From the IMG/VR virus record IMGVR_UViG_2595698869_000001, positions 43,214 through 107,213 of that record: DNA of 64,000 nt, one strand, 5' to 3'. Numbering within the stretch: the stretch's first letter is position 1; every line of letters begins with the position of its first letter. This DNA is from a virus (taxonomy: Duplodnaviria; Heunggongvirae; Uroviricota; Caudoviricetes). Positions 1 through 7,874 of this stretch are shown here, piece after piece. The translations under genes and the position numbers were made by a program. The notes under the pieces were generated by a model. That model was not told the origin of the DNA, made no database searches, and saw nothing but the letters and a program-made list of their open reading frames with translations.

Positions 1-2848
1 CCTGACGTCGGGCGACATCGGCACGGTCATCGTCACCGCGCCCGAGGCGACCACCCAGGTCATCCCGCCGGTCGAGACCAGCGGCGACATCGGCACCATC
101 ACCGTCGTGACGGTGACGGGCGAGGCGTCGTGGAACAACAACGTCTCGGCCTCGGGCGACATCGGCACGATCATCGTTACCGTGCCCGACGTCGTGGCCG
201 TGGGCGACGATCTGGCCGAAGGGCTGATCGGCACGATCACGGTGATCGCGCCCGAGGGCGTGGCGCTCCAGGACGCCAATGTCGCGGCCGACATCGGCAC
301 CATCTCGGTCTATCCGATCGAAGGCGGTCAACCCGGCGACGCGGTCGGCGACATCCCCTATATCCAGGTGGTCACGCCGGGCGCGACGGTCAACGCCTCG
401 TCGGGCGACGACATCTCGCTCTACGCCGACATCGGCACGATCTACGTCCTCCAGGTCTACGGCCAGGGCTTCTGGATTTCCGAGGACAACTACGTCCACG
501 CCCTGCCCGATCCGCTGATCGTCACCACCACCGCGCCGGAAGGCTCGGCGCGCGGCGACGTCCATATCGTCCAGCCGCTGCCGACCATCGTCGTCACCGC
601 GCCGGTCCCGGTCGCGGCGGGTAACGCCCTGGCCGACGCCTATACGGGCGACTTCATCATCCTGGTCGCCGCGCCGGTTCCGCAAACGGAACTGAACGCG
701 AACGTCAACGTCTCGATGCCGCCGCCGATCGTCATCAACGGCAATGACGCGGAAGCCTCGCTTGACCTGAGCGTGCCGTTCAGCGACACGGCGGTGTTCG
801 TTACCGGCCCTGAGGCTCTGGGCCTGGGCTTCCACGGCGGCGAGATGGGACCGCCGATCGTGGTCACCCCGCCGCAGGGCGGCCCGGAGATTTCGGTCGA
901 AATCTTCGTCGATCCCGGCACGATCCTGGTGGAGGCCCCGCGCTTCCACTATATCCCCCCGATCACGGTGTTCCCGCCCGAAGGCGTGGCCCTCGACGCC
1001 AAGTCGGCCGAGGCTTCCGGTGATTTGGGGACCATCACCATCGGGGTCCCGACCGGCGGCTACCAAGCCAACGTCGCCATCAACCTGCCGCTGCCGACGA
1101 TCTTCGTCAACGTCCCGCAGGTCGTGGTCTTCGCCTCGGTCGCCGTGTCGGGCGACATCGGGACGATCACCCTCACCCCGCCGGCCGCCACCCTGACTGC
1201 CGGCGCGGACGCGGCCTTCACCCTGCCCGGCCCGATCGTTGTCACCGCGCCCGAGGCGACGGCGACGGCGGGCACGGCGGCGGCGACCTCTGGCGCCCTG
1301 ACCACGATCACCCTCACCCCGCCCGAGGGCTCGGTCTCGACCGGCGCGGCGGCGGCGACCTCGGGCGCGATCGGCACGATCCTCGTCTCGCCGTTCGACG
1401 GCAGCGTCTTCATCTCCTATCCGGGCAATGCGTCGGGCGCGATCGGCACGATCGTCGTCACGCCGCCGGCCGCGACCGTCTCCAACGGCCGCAATCTGTC
1501 GATCGCCCTGCCCGGCCCGATCATCGTCACCCCGCCTGCGGCCCAGCCTCAGGCTGGCGCGGCGCTCTCCGGCGACATCGGTACGATCGTCGTCACCAAC
1601 CCGGATGGTCAGGGCACCGGCGACACCGTGCTGGCCTCGGGCGCGATCGGCACGATCGTCGTCACCACCCCGGACGGCGCGGCAACCGGGCGGGGCCTGG
1701 GCACGGGCGCGATCGGCACGATCGTCGTCACCCCGCCGGCCGCGACCCTGACCACCGGCGCCAACAAGGCCGCCGCCCTTCCCGGCCCGATCATCGTCAC
1801 CCCGCCGGTTGGCGTGGGCCGCGTCCCCGCCGCCGGCACGGGCGATCTGGCGACGATCACCATCACCAGCACGCCCGAAGCCACCCTTTCGGTGGGCCAG
1901 GACATCGCTGGTCAGATCGGCACGATCAGCATCATCCCGCCCGAGGCGCTGCCGCAGGGCTCGGTGTTCGTCGACCCGACCGACGAAATGGTCGTGCAGG
2001 TCCTGCCCCCGCAGGCCATCCTCTTCCGCGAGGCCACGGTCATCGTCGGCTTCCCGACGGTGTATCTGGTCGCGCCCGAGGCGATCACCTATTCGCTGGC
2101 CGAATTCGCCTCGATCACCCTGCTGCCGCCGGACGCCTATGTCGACGTCCCGCTCCCGCTGGGCAAGAACCGCATCCGCTACCGCCGCAACAACACCGCT
2201 GGCCTTACTCCGACCAGCCTGCGTCCCAACGAGATCGCCCTGAACGAGACCGACGGCCTGCTGTTCACGCGCGACGGCGCCGGCGCGGTCAAGGCTACCC
2301 CGCTGGGCTTCCTGACCGGCGCGGGCGTGCCGCCGCCGATCACCGACAACGGCAAGGTCCTGTCGGGCGGCCTGTCCTGGGAGACGCCGAACACCCGCTA
2401 CCTCCTGCCGGTCCGCAACGCGCCGCCGGCTGGCGCGCGCATCGCCCTGGGCGAGGGCGTGGTGGGCGTTACGACCTTCACCCCGACGGTCGACGTCACC
2501 TACACGCGTCCGTTCTTCGTGGCCAAGACCATCGACATCCAGGCGCTGTCGGTGGATGTGGTGGGCGCCGCCGCCGCCACGGCCGAACTGGGCCTGATCG
2601 GCTGGTCCCTGTCGGGCGTGCCCGGCGCGACCCTGGCGCTCGGTACGGTCAGCACCGCGACCACCGGCGTCAAGACGGCGACCGGCACGGCCGTGACCTT
2701 GACGCCGGGCTGGTACGCCTCCACCTTCAAGGTCACCGGCGCGGCGGGGGCGTCGTTCCGGGCTCCGACCGCACCGACGGCGATCGCGCCGGACCTCACC
2801 GTGACGCCGGGCGCCCCGGCGCCGGTCATGGCAGACCTGGAGGCCTAA
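1..2848 (+). CDS. Large repetitive virion protein, 5'-truncated by window edge (head-filament/fibre candidate)
   Basis: Frame is open from position 2 (LTSGDIGTVIVTAPE...), upstream of the listed 107 start. It carries many SG(D/A)IGTI(T/V)VT(P/A)P repeats, then a short fibre-adaptor-like motif (LRPNEIALNETDGLLF) and a C-terminal beta-rich domain. Confidence 0.85.
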   Translation, partial: LTSGDIGTVIVTAPEATTQVIPPVETSGDIGTITVVTVTGEASWNNNVSASGDIGTIIVTVPDVVAVGDDLAEGLIGTITVIAPEGVALQDANVAADIGTISVYPIEGGQPGDAVGDIPYIQVVTPGATVNASSGDDISLYADIGTIYVLQVYGQGFWISEDNYVHALPDPLIVTTTAPEGSARGDVHIVQPLPTIVVTAPVPVAAGNALADAYTGDFIILVAAPVPQTELNANVNVSMPPPIVINGNDAEASLDLSVPFSDTAVFVTGPEALGLGFHGGEMGPPIVVTPPQGGPEISVEIFVDPGTILVEAPRFHYIPPITVFPPEGVALDAKSAEASGDLGTITIGVPTGGYQANVAINLPLPTIFVNVPQVVVFASVAVSGDIGTITLTPPAATLTAGADAAFTLPGPIVVTAPEATATAGTAAATSGALTTITLTPPEGSVSTGAAAATSGAIGTILVSPFDGSVFISYPGNASGAIGTIVVTPPAATVSNGRNLSIALPGPIIVTPPAAQPQAGAALSGDIGTIVVTNPDGQGTGDTVLASGAIGTIVVTTPDGAATGRGLGTGAIGTIVVTPPAATLTTGANKAAALPGPIIVTPPVGVGRVPAAGTGDLATITITSTPEATLSVGQDIAGQIGTISIIPPEALPQGSVFVDPTDEMVVQVLPPQAILFREATVIVGFPTVYLVAPEAITYSLAEFASITLLPPDAYVDVPLPLGKNRIRYRRNNTAGLTPTSLRPNEIALNETDGLLFTRDGAGAVKATPLGFLTGAGVPPPITDNGKVLSGGLSWETPNTRYLLPVRNAPPAGARIALGEGVVGVTTFTPTVDVTYTRPFFVAKTIDIQALSVDVVGAAAATAELGLIGWSLSGVPGATLALGTVSTATTGVKTATGTAVTLTPGWYASTFKVTGAAGASFRAPTAPTAIAPDLTVTPGAPAPVMADLEA

Positions 2849-2852
2849 GACC

Positions 2853-3521
2853 ATGCCGACCAACATCAACATGGCGCCGGACACCACCCTGCTGGCCGAT
2901 ATCCTCCTCAATGGCGGAGCCGGCGCGCCGGCGGACCTGGAGGATGGCGAACTCTATATCGACGAGGCGGGCCGCAAGCTCTATGTCGAGACCGTGGTCG
3001 GCGTCCAGGCCATTCCGCTCGACGTCGGCTATGTCCCGCGCCGCCCCAGCGGCACGCCGCTCGACTACGTGGTCAACAAGACCGAGACCGGGGCCGAGTG
3101 GGGGCCGCTGGAAGGCGGGGCCGGCGGCTCGCCGTTCGACGCGGCCGAGTTCCGCATCCCCGGCTTGGCTCCCACGGGCCTGGACACGGTCGTCATGCCC
3201 GGTGCCTCCGGAGGCCTGGGACTGTTCGAGATGCCGATCCAGGACGTGCTCCTGAGCATCCGCGTACACGCCTCTGCGGGCGCGGGGTCCGTGACCGTGG
3301 CGCTCTACCCGTTCAACGGCTCGCTCGGCTCGCTGATCTTCACCCAGACCCTGACTTTCGCCGCCCCCGAGTCCCAGGTCGTGCCCGTGTCCCAGCCCCT
3401 GACGCCGGGCATCTACGCCTGGGTCTGGACCGGGACCGATGGCTTGACCCTAGATGCGGTCAAGGGCTCGCTCCCGTGGGCGACGCGCGAGCAAACCCAT
3501 CCCGTGGCGATGAAGTTCTAA
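2853..3521 (+). CDS. Virion fibre-associated protein, paralogue of flanking genes
   Basis: 222 aa, typical codon bias, motif DLEDGELYIDEAGRKLY resembling the adaptor motif in the neighbours. Confidence 0.8.
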   Translation: MPTNINMAPDTTLLADILLNGGAGAPADLEDGELYIDEAGRKLYVETVVGVQAIPLDVGYVPRRPSGTPLDYVVNKTETGAEWGPLEGGAGGSPFDAAEFRIPGLAPTGLDTVVMPGASGGLGLFEMPIQDVLLSIRVHASAGAGSVTVALYPFNGSLGSLIFTQTLTFAAPESQVVPVSQPLTPGIYAWVWTGTDGLTLDAVKGSLPWATREQTHPVAMKF

Positions 3522-3523
3522 CG

Positions 3524-4300
3524 ATGGCGATCCAGAACCCCCATTCCACCACGCCCGGCACCATGCCGCACCTGACGCCCGGCGAGATCGGCGTCAACAA
3601 GGCCGACGACATCCTCTGGTTCCGCTCGCAGGGGCGCCGCGTGCCGATCATCCTGAGCGATCTTGACCGCGCCCCGCCGGCGGACGGCTATGTCGGCGCT
3701 CCCCTGACTCTGGTCGACGGCGCGCCGGCCTGGAATGTCAAGCTCTTGCCGTCCTCGATCGTCTCCGGCGCGGTCAAGGTCGATCTCCCGCCCGCCGCCG
3801 GCCTGCACGCCGTGCCGAGCGTCCTGCTCCAGGGCCTGGGGGCCGATCGCGTCCTGGCGACCAATGATCTGGACCTCACCCCCTTCTATGTCCGCTCCGA
3901 CTCCATCACCCTGACCCATCTGGCCTTCAGCGTGCGCTCGGCCGGCGCGCCGGCCATGCGCGTGGGGATCGTCGACAGCTTCGGCGTCGTCCAGGCCGAC
4001 ATCCTGGTCGCCGCGCCGGTCGTGGGCGCCAATGTCGTGGCCCTCTCGCCGGTCCTGACCCTCCAGCGCGGCGTCTACCGCACCATCCTGGCGACGACCG
4101 GGGCGGTGACGGTGGGGATCGCCACCGGCGCGCGCATGGAACAGGGCTGGGACATCATCGCCGACGCGCCGTCGTTTATCCGGGGCTACAGCGGTAGCAA
4201 GAACACTGGCGGCGGCATCGGGAGCCTGCCAGCGCTCACCCCGCGCCGCGACCCCGCGCCGGGCCAGGATCACGCCGTCCTCCTGCGCTGGACGGCGTGA
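3524..4300 (+). CDS. Virion fibre-associated protein, paralogue of upstream genes
   Basis: ATG at 3524, 2 nt after the previous stop (MAIQNPH...), in the 3098..4300 frame. Motif LTPGEIGVNKADDILWF; C-terminal domain resembles that of the 1..2848 protein. Confidence 0.8.
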   Translation: MAIQNPHSTTPGTMPHLTPGEIGVNKADDILWFRSQGRRVPIILSDLDRAPPADGYVGAPLTLVDGAPAWNVKLLPSSIVSGAVKVDLPPAAGLHAVPSVLLQGLGADRVLATNDLDLTPFYVRSDSITLTHLAFSVRSAGAPAMRVGIVDSFGVVQADILVAAPVVGANVVALSPVLTLQRGVYRTILATTGAVTVGIATGARMEQGWDIIADAPSFIRGYSGSKNTGGGIGSLPALTPRRDPAPGQDHAVLLRWTA

Positions 4301-4309
4301 ATCTTGACA
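4296..4309 (+). promoter_or_regulatory. Phage promoter motif (GT)CGTGAATCTTGACA, first of 11 copies in the window
   Basis: Copies at 4296, 10026, 11673, 13692, 22586, 28723, 35283 (+) and 43854, 44811, 50924, 58608 (-), each upstream of and oriented towards a gene start. Confidence 0.8.
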
Positions 4310-4362
4310 CTCGGTCGAAATGCGGTTAACCTGCGCGCTCATCTGGAGTTTCGAGCGCCATC

Positions 4363-4629
4363 ATGGCCGAGCTTGTCCGCATCTATCACCCCGAGACGAA
4401 CGAGCCGTTCGACGTGATCCCGTCGACCGCCGAACGTCTGCGCCTGGGTCAAGGTCTGGACGGTCTGGTGTGGCTCTCGCAGCCCTTCTCCCGCGCCGCT
4501 GCCGAAGAGCCGGCGCCGGAAGCCCCCAAGGGGCGAGGTCGTAAGCGCGTCGCCGCGCCCGTCTCGGACGAAGCCGAAGACGATGGCTGGCGTGACGCGC
4601 CGACCGAGGACGCTTCCGAAGCCGCGTAA
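4363..4629 (+). CDS. Hypothetical protein (88 aa)
   Basis: GGAG RBS upstream, phage-like codon usage, downstream of a promoter motif. Confidence 0.75.
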   Translation: MAELVRIYHPETNEPFDVIPSTAERLRLGQGLDGLVWLSQPFSRAAAEEPAPEAPKGRGRKRVAAPVSDEAEDDGWRDAPTEDASEAA

Positions 4630-4673
4630 GGCGCTTCCCCGTCCACTCTGCTGAAATTCGGTCTCAGTCCCAT

Positions 4674-4749
4674 GTCGGTCTAGCTCATGGGGTAGAGCGG
4701 CGGTCTCCAAAACCGCGCGTGGCAGGTTCGAGTCCTGCGACCGGCGCCA
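4674..4749 (+). tRNA. tRNA-Trp(CCA)
   Basis: Cloverleaf, GCGGT-CTCCAAA-ACCGC anticodon arm, GGTTCGAGTCC T arm, encoded CCA. Confidence 0.92.
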
Positions 4750-4754
4750 TTTCC

Positions 4755-4829
4755 GCGTCCATCGTATATGGGTTATTGCTTCGCGTTGCCAACGCGACGA
4801 ACCGGGTTCGAGTCCCGGTGGACGCTCCA
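4755..4829 (+). tRNA. tRNA-Gly(GCC)
   Basis: Cloverleaf, TCGCG-TTGCCAA-CGCGA, U73, CCA. Confidence 0.92.
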
Positions 4830-4835
4830 ATCCAG

Positions 4836-4909
4836 GCGGATATAGCTCAAAGGGAGAGCTACTGCCTTCCAAGCAGAAGATGCGGGTTCGAGCCCCGCTA
4901 TCCGCTCCA
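4836..4909 (+). tRNA. tRNA-Gly(TCC)
   Basis: Cloverleaf, loop CTTCCAA, GCGGATA/TATCCGC acceptor stem, CCA. Confidence 0.92.
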
Positions 4910-4968
4910 AAATTTTCTTCCACGACAAGCTTGACAGCCGCCGAGATTTGTGAGAGCCTTCAACCATT

Positions 4969-5031
4969 ATGACGCACCTCCTGACCCGTTACGAACGCGA
5001 GGCCACCGGCCTCGATACCACCACCGCCTAA
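4969..5031 (+). CDS. Putative leaderless 20-aa leader peptide (MTHLLTRYEREATGLDTTTA) overlapping alternative hairpins
   Basis: ATG just downstream of TTGACA at 4931. CGAGGCC/GGCCTCG/CGAGGCC-TTTT segments allow two exclusive hairpins. Confidence 0.4.
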   Translation: MTHLLTRYEREATGLDTTTA

Positions 5032-5065
5032 AAGCGGTTCTGGTAACCGAGGCCTTTTGTCATGT

Positions 5066-5143
5066 GGCCCGGTCGTCTAGCGGTTTGCAGGATTCGTGAC
5101 TTTCAATCACGAGAGCGGAGTTCGAGTCTCCGTCGGGCCTCCA
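5066..5143 (+). tRNA. tRNA-Glu(TTC)
   Basis: Cloverleaf, CGTGA-CTTTCAA-TCACG, CCA. Confidence 0.9.
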
Positions 5144-5166
5144 CCCCCAAAGCCTCCTCTGAGCTT

Positions 5167-5241
5167 GGTGCGTTCGTATATCGGTCAATACTCCGGATTG
5201 TCGATCCGGCAAGAGGGGTTCGATTCCCCTACGCACCGCCA
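5167..5241 (+). tRNA. tRNA-Asp(GTC)
   Basis: Cloverleaf, CCGGA-TTGTCGA-TCCGG, G73, CCA. Confidence 0.92.
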
Positions 5242-5252
5242 GGGCTTTCCCA

Positions 5253-5411
5253 ATGCCGCTTCAGTCGGGTTCGAGCGACGCCGTCGTCTCGCACAACATC
5301 GCCAAGCTGATCGACGAGGGCTACTCCAGGGAGCAGGCCGTTGCGATCGCTCTCTCCCAGGCGCGCAAGCCGCGCCGTCCGAAGGTCTCGCGCGGCTCGC
5401 GCCGGCGCTGA
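5253..5411 (+). CDS. Small basic protein (52 aa, [39 protein letters not shown]...)
   Basis: Read from the sequence (below the ORF-track cutoff). Resembles the common phage MPL..S.NI..L..EG...EQAVAIAL small-protein family; strong GC3 bias. Confidence 0.75.
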   Translation: MPLQSGSSDAVVSHNIAKLIDEGYSREQAVAIALSQARKPRRPKVSRGSRRR

Positions 5412-5482
5412 CCTCGCCTCGCTAAAGCACCCCCAGGTTCCCGGCCTCGTCGTGAGGTCGCCTGCGGTCGCGCGAGGCTTCT

Positions 5483-5707
5483 ATGACCTTTCTTGATCTT
5501 CGTTCGCAGTCGAGCACCGCGCTCCTGCGCCATGTGTCTTCCCGATCCCCGATGGCGGAAGCGGCTCGCACCGAGTTGCTGACCCGAGGCCTCGTCCCGC
5601 TCCTCACGCGACACAACGGCTGGCGCCTCGCCCCGAGCGAGCCCTTTCCGCAGCATCTCATCCCGCGCCCCGATCCGCTCGCGAGGTTCACGTGGCGGGC
5701 GGGATGA
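5483..5707 (+). CDS. Hypothetical protein (74 aa)
   Basis: ORF filling the gap between the small gene and the next promoter; no recognisable motif. Confidence 0.5.
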   Translation: MTFLDLRSQSSTALLRHVSSRSPMAEAARTELLTRGLVPLLTRHNGWRLAPSEPFPQHLIPRPDPLARFTWRAG

Positions 5708-6055
5708 AGATTTTTCTCATGACGTGCTTGACATCCGTCTAAAGTTGTGAGAGCCTGTCCAACGTCACGGATCACGACACTCCTCGGAGTGCAAAAGCGC
5801 GATCCTTCGTTATTCCCAGGGCCGTCAGCGGGCGGCCGTTCGAGAGCCATCATGTTCGCCTTGTCGCATAACAGCCTGAGCACGAAAGCCGCCTCCCCGG
5901 CGACGCTTTCGCTTGCGCTGCCGGCGACGGCCACGAAGCCCTCGACCAAGCCGACCACCTCGGCCTCGCACTCGACGGATCACCTCTAGGGTATCTCGTC
6001 TCGGGTGCAGGCCTTGGAGCCGCACCCGCTACCAACATCCTGTTGACCTAGCGCA

Positions 6056-6091
6056 AGGCGGCTCCCAGCAAGGAGACCGCCTTTTCTTTTT
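6056..6091 (+). terminator. Intrinsic terminator-like hairpin
   Basis: AGGCGG-CTCC...GGAG-ACCGCC followed by TTTTCTTTT. Confidence 0.6.
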
Positions 6092-6103
6092 CGCGTTGAT
6101 CAT

Positions 6104-6179
6104 CGGGGTGTAGCTCAGTCGGTAGAGCGCTCGGTTCGGGACCGAGAGGCCGTGGGTTCGAGTCCCGCCACCCAGACCA
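6104..6179 (+). tRNA. tRNA-Pro(CGG)
   Basis: Cloverleaf, CTCGG-TTCGGGA-CCGAG, one acceptor mismatch, CCA. Confidence 0.88.
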
Positions 6180-6186
6180 ACGCCAT

Positions 6187-6261
6187 CGGGATGTAGCTCA
6201 GCGGTAGAGCGCGCGGCTGGGGGCCGCGAGGCCGCAGGTTCGAGACCTGCCACCCCGACCA
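6187..6261 (+). tRNA. tRNA-Pro(GGG)
   Basis: Cloverleaf, CGCGG-CTGGGGG-CCGCG, CCA. Confidence 0.9.
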
Positions 6262-6266
6262 ACAAT

Positions 6267-6339
6267 GCTGCTGCGCCTGGATCGGCGCCGGCCCCTTGGT
6301 ATGGGGAAGTAGAAGGTTCAATTCCTTCCAGCAGCACCA
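6267..6339 (+). tRNA. Atypical tRNA-Thr(GGT)-like, non-canonical D arm
   Basis: GCTGCTG/CAGCAGC acceptor, GAAGG-TTCAATT-CCTTC T arm, CCCC-TTGGTAT-GGGG anticodon arm; D region CGCC-TGGATC-GGCG without the U8-A9 linker. Confidence 0.55.
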
Positions 6340-6344
6340 ACAAC

Positions 6345-6414
6345 GCCGATGCCTCTAGGAGGACACGTCTTTCGTAATGACGTCAGGTGGGTGCGATCCC
6401 CACTTTCGGCTCCA
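6345..6414 (+). tRNA. Atypical tRNA-Thr(CGT)-like, miniature D arm
   Basis: GCCGA/TCGGC acceptor, GTGGG-TGCGATC-CCCAC T arm, loop TTCGTAA, D arm CCTC-TAG-GAGG, CCA. Confidence 0.55.
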
Positions 6415-6449
6415 CCAAGATGATCGAGGAGAGATCAGACGAAACAAAT

Positions 6450-6536
6450 GGATGTGTCACCTCAGTGGCGAGAGGACCGGGCTCTTAATCCGGCAGCGAA
6501 AGCTCATCGTGGGTTCGAGTCCCACCACATCCTCCA
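6450..6536 (+). tRNA. tRNA-Lys(CTT) with long variable arm
   Basis: CCGGG-CTCTTAA-TCCGG; extra arm AGC-GAAA-GCT; CCA. Confidence 0.85.
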
Positions 6537-6541
6537 ATAAT

Positions 6542-6631
6542 GCACGAGTGACCCGAGCGGCGAAGGGCGTCGACTTTTAATCGACTGGGCGTCCAGCCTC
6601 ACCGAGGGTTCGAGTCCCTCCTCGTGCTCCA
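6542..6631 (+). tRNA. tRNA-Lys(TTT) with long variable arm
   Basis: GTCGA-CTTTTAA-TCGAC; ~18-nt variable region; CCA. Confidence 0.85.
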
Positions 6632-6637
6632 AGATGT

Positions 6638-6723
6638 GCGAAAGTGGCGGAACAAGGTAGACGCACCGGTCTCAGGTACCGGCGGCTTCGGTCATGAGGG
6701 TTCGAGTCCCTCCTTTCGTACCA
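6638..6723 (+). tRNA. tRNA-Leu(CAG)
   Basis: Type II cloverleaf, loop CTCAGGT, A73, CCA. Confidence 0.92.
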
Positions 6724-6730
6724 ACGACAT

Positions 6731-6815
6731 GCCGGTCTGGCGGAAATGGCAGACGCAGTGGCTTCAAGTCCCACCGCCTTCGGGCGTCCCGGTTCGATGC
6801 CGGGGACCGGCACCA
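6731..6815 (+). tRNA. tRNA-Leu(CAA)
   Basis: Type II cloverleaf, loop TTCAAGT, CCA. Confidence 0.9.
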
Positions 6816-6821
6816 AAATGA

Positions 6822-6909
6822 TGCGAAGTGGCGGAATTTGGTAGACGCACCGGCATGAGAGGCCGGCGCCCTTCGGGGCGTGAGGGTTCGAGTCCCTTCT
6901 TCGCGACCA
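6822..6909 (+). tRNA. tRNA-Leu(GAG)
   Basis: Type II cloverleaf, CCGGC-ATGAGAG-GCCGG, CCA. Confidence 0.9.
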
Positions 6910-6922
6910 AAGACGAGATTAT

Positions 6923-6994
6923 GCCGGACGGCGCAGGCGCGCGGGGGAGGTTGTGTCCCTCCTTGGCTCCGATCGTTACGGAGGTTCGGTTCCA
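6923..6994 (+). tRNA. Atypical tRNA-His(GTG), mini D arm, U73, no encoded G-1
   Basis: GCCGGAC/GTTCGGT acceptor, GGAGG-TTGTGTC-CCTCC anticodon arm, CTCCG-ATCGTTA-CGGAG T arm, then T-CCA. Confidence 0.6.
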
Positions 6995-6999
6995 GTTAC

Positions 7000-7070
7000 G
7001 GGGTATGCGCAGGGCGCAGGCATCCTTTGCAAGGAAGTCGGGGTGGGTTCGAGTCCCACATACTCCACCA
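7000..7070 (+). tRNA. Atypical tRNA-Ala(TGC), mini D arm
   Basis: GGGGTAT/ATACTCC acceptor with G3-U70, loop TTTGCAA, canonical T arm, D arm GCGC-AGG-GCGC, ACCA. Confidence 0.7.
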
Positions 7071-7074
7071 ACAC

Positions 7075-7162
7075 GGTAGGTTGGCTGAGAGGCCGAAGGC
7101 GCCCGTTTCGAAAACGGGAGAACCGCAAGGTTCCGTGGGTTCGAATCCCACACCTACCTCCA
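7075..7162 (+). tRNA. tRNA-Ser(CGA)
   Basis: Type II cloverleaf, loop TTCGAAA; core nearly identical to the next tRNA. Confidence 0.9.
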
Positions 7163-7166
7163 ACAT

Positions 7167-7254
7167 GGATGTATGGCTGAGAGGCCGAAGGCGCCCGCTT
7201 GGAAAGCGGGTGAACCGCAAGGTTCCGTAGGTTCGAATCCTACTGCATCCGCCA
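7167..7254 (+). tRNA. tRNA-Ser(GGA)
   Basis: Type II cloverleaf, loop TTGGAAA, G73, CCA. Confidence 0.92.
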
Positions 7255-7258
7255 ACAT

Positions 7259-7345
7259 GGTAGGTGGTTCCGGCCTGGGGCCGGACCCGGTTGCTAACCG
7301 GCCGGAGCCGCAAGGCTTGGGGTTCGATTCCTCCTCCTACCGCCA
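7259..7345 (+). tRNA. tRNA-Ser(GCT)
   Basis: Type II cloverleaf, CCGG-TTGCTAA-CCGG, G73, CCA. Confidence 0.88.
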
Positions 7346-7385
7346 ACATCTCCCAGGCCTATAGCCTGGGAGGGTTTGGACATAA

Positions 7386-7874
7386 TCAGGCGTGGTTCGG
7401 AAACTCGGCGATCTCAATCCCAGGCGAGGCGCTGACGACCAACCAGTAAGCTCCGGTCCAGCGCAAGACAACCGCAGGCGGATAGGCCGGGGCCAAGGGG
7501 GTGAGCACGGATGCCGGATCGGCTACGATAGAATCGGGCAACGGAACGATCAAGGCTGGACCGGTTTTCGCCGTCGCAGGATCACCATAACCGGAAGCGA
7601 AGACGGGGGTCTGAACGCCAGCGTCAGCCAATATGCCGAGGATAATAGGCATAGCTAAGGGCGCACTCTGCGGAGCATGTGTCCCACGAGAGAATGTGAT
7701 GAAAAGTTCGTCTCCTACTTCCTTCGCGGCAGTAAGGAATCCATATCTTGCGGCATAGTCGGCTGCTCCGAATTCAGGAGAGACTTGGCTTACGAGATGG
7801 ACGCGCTGCTCTCCGTTCGGGTTGACGATTTGAATCGAAGCCTCAATACCTCGGTTCATCGTGATTGCGGTCAT
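7386..7874 (-). CDS. Hypothetical protein (162 aa) inserted antisense in the tRNA array
   Basis: Protein-like ORF, visibly AT-richer third positions than the structural genes. Confidence 0.6.
   Translation of the reverse strand: MTAITMNRGIEASIQIVNPNGEQRVHLVSQVSPEFGAADYAARYGFLTAAKEVGDELFITFSRGTHAPQSAPLAMPIILGILADAGVQTPVFASGYGDPATAKTGPALIVPLPDSIVADPASVLTPLAPAYPPAVVLRWTGAYWLVVSASPGIEIAEFPNHA

Noticed and set aside
5852-5989. 45-aa Ser/Thr/Ala-rich ORF (MFALSHNSLSTK...)
   Set aside because: Low complexity with weak RBS; cannot distinguish from a non-coding leader without expression data.
7075-7254. CRISPR-like direct repeats
   Set aside because: The repeated sequence is the shared core of two tRNA-Ser paralogues; no repeat-spacer array or cas operon anywhere in the window.
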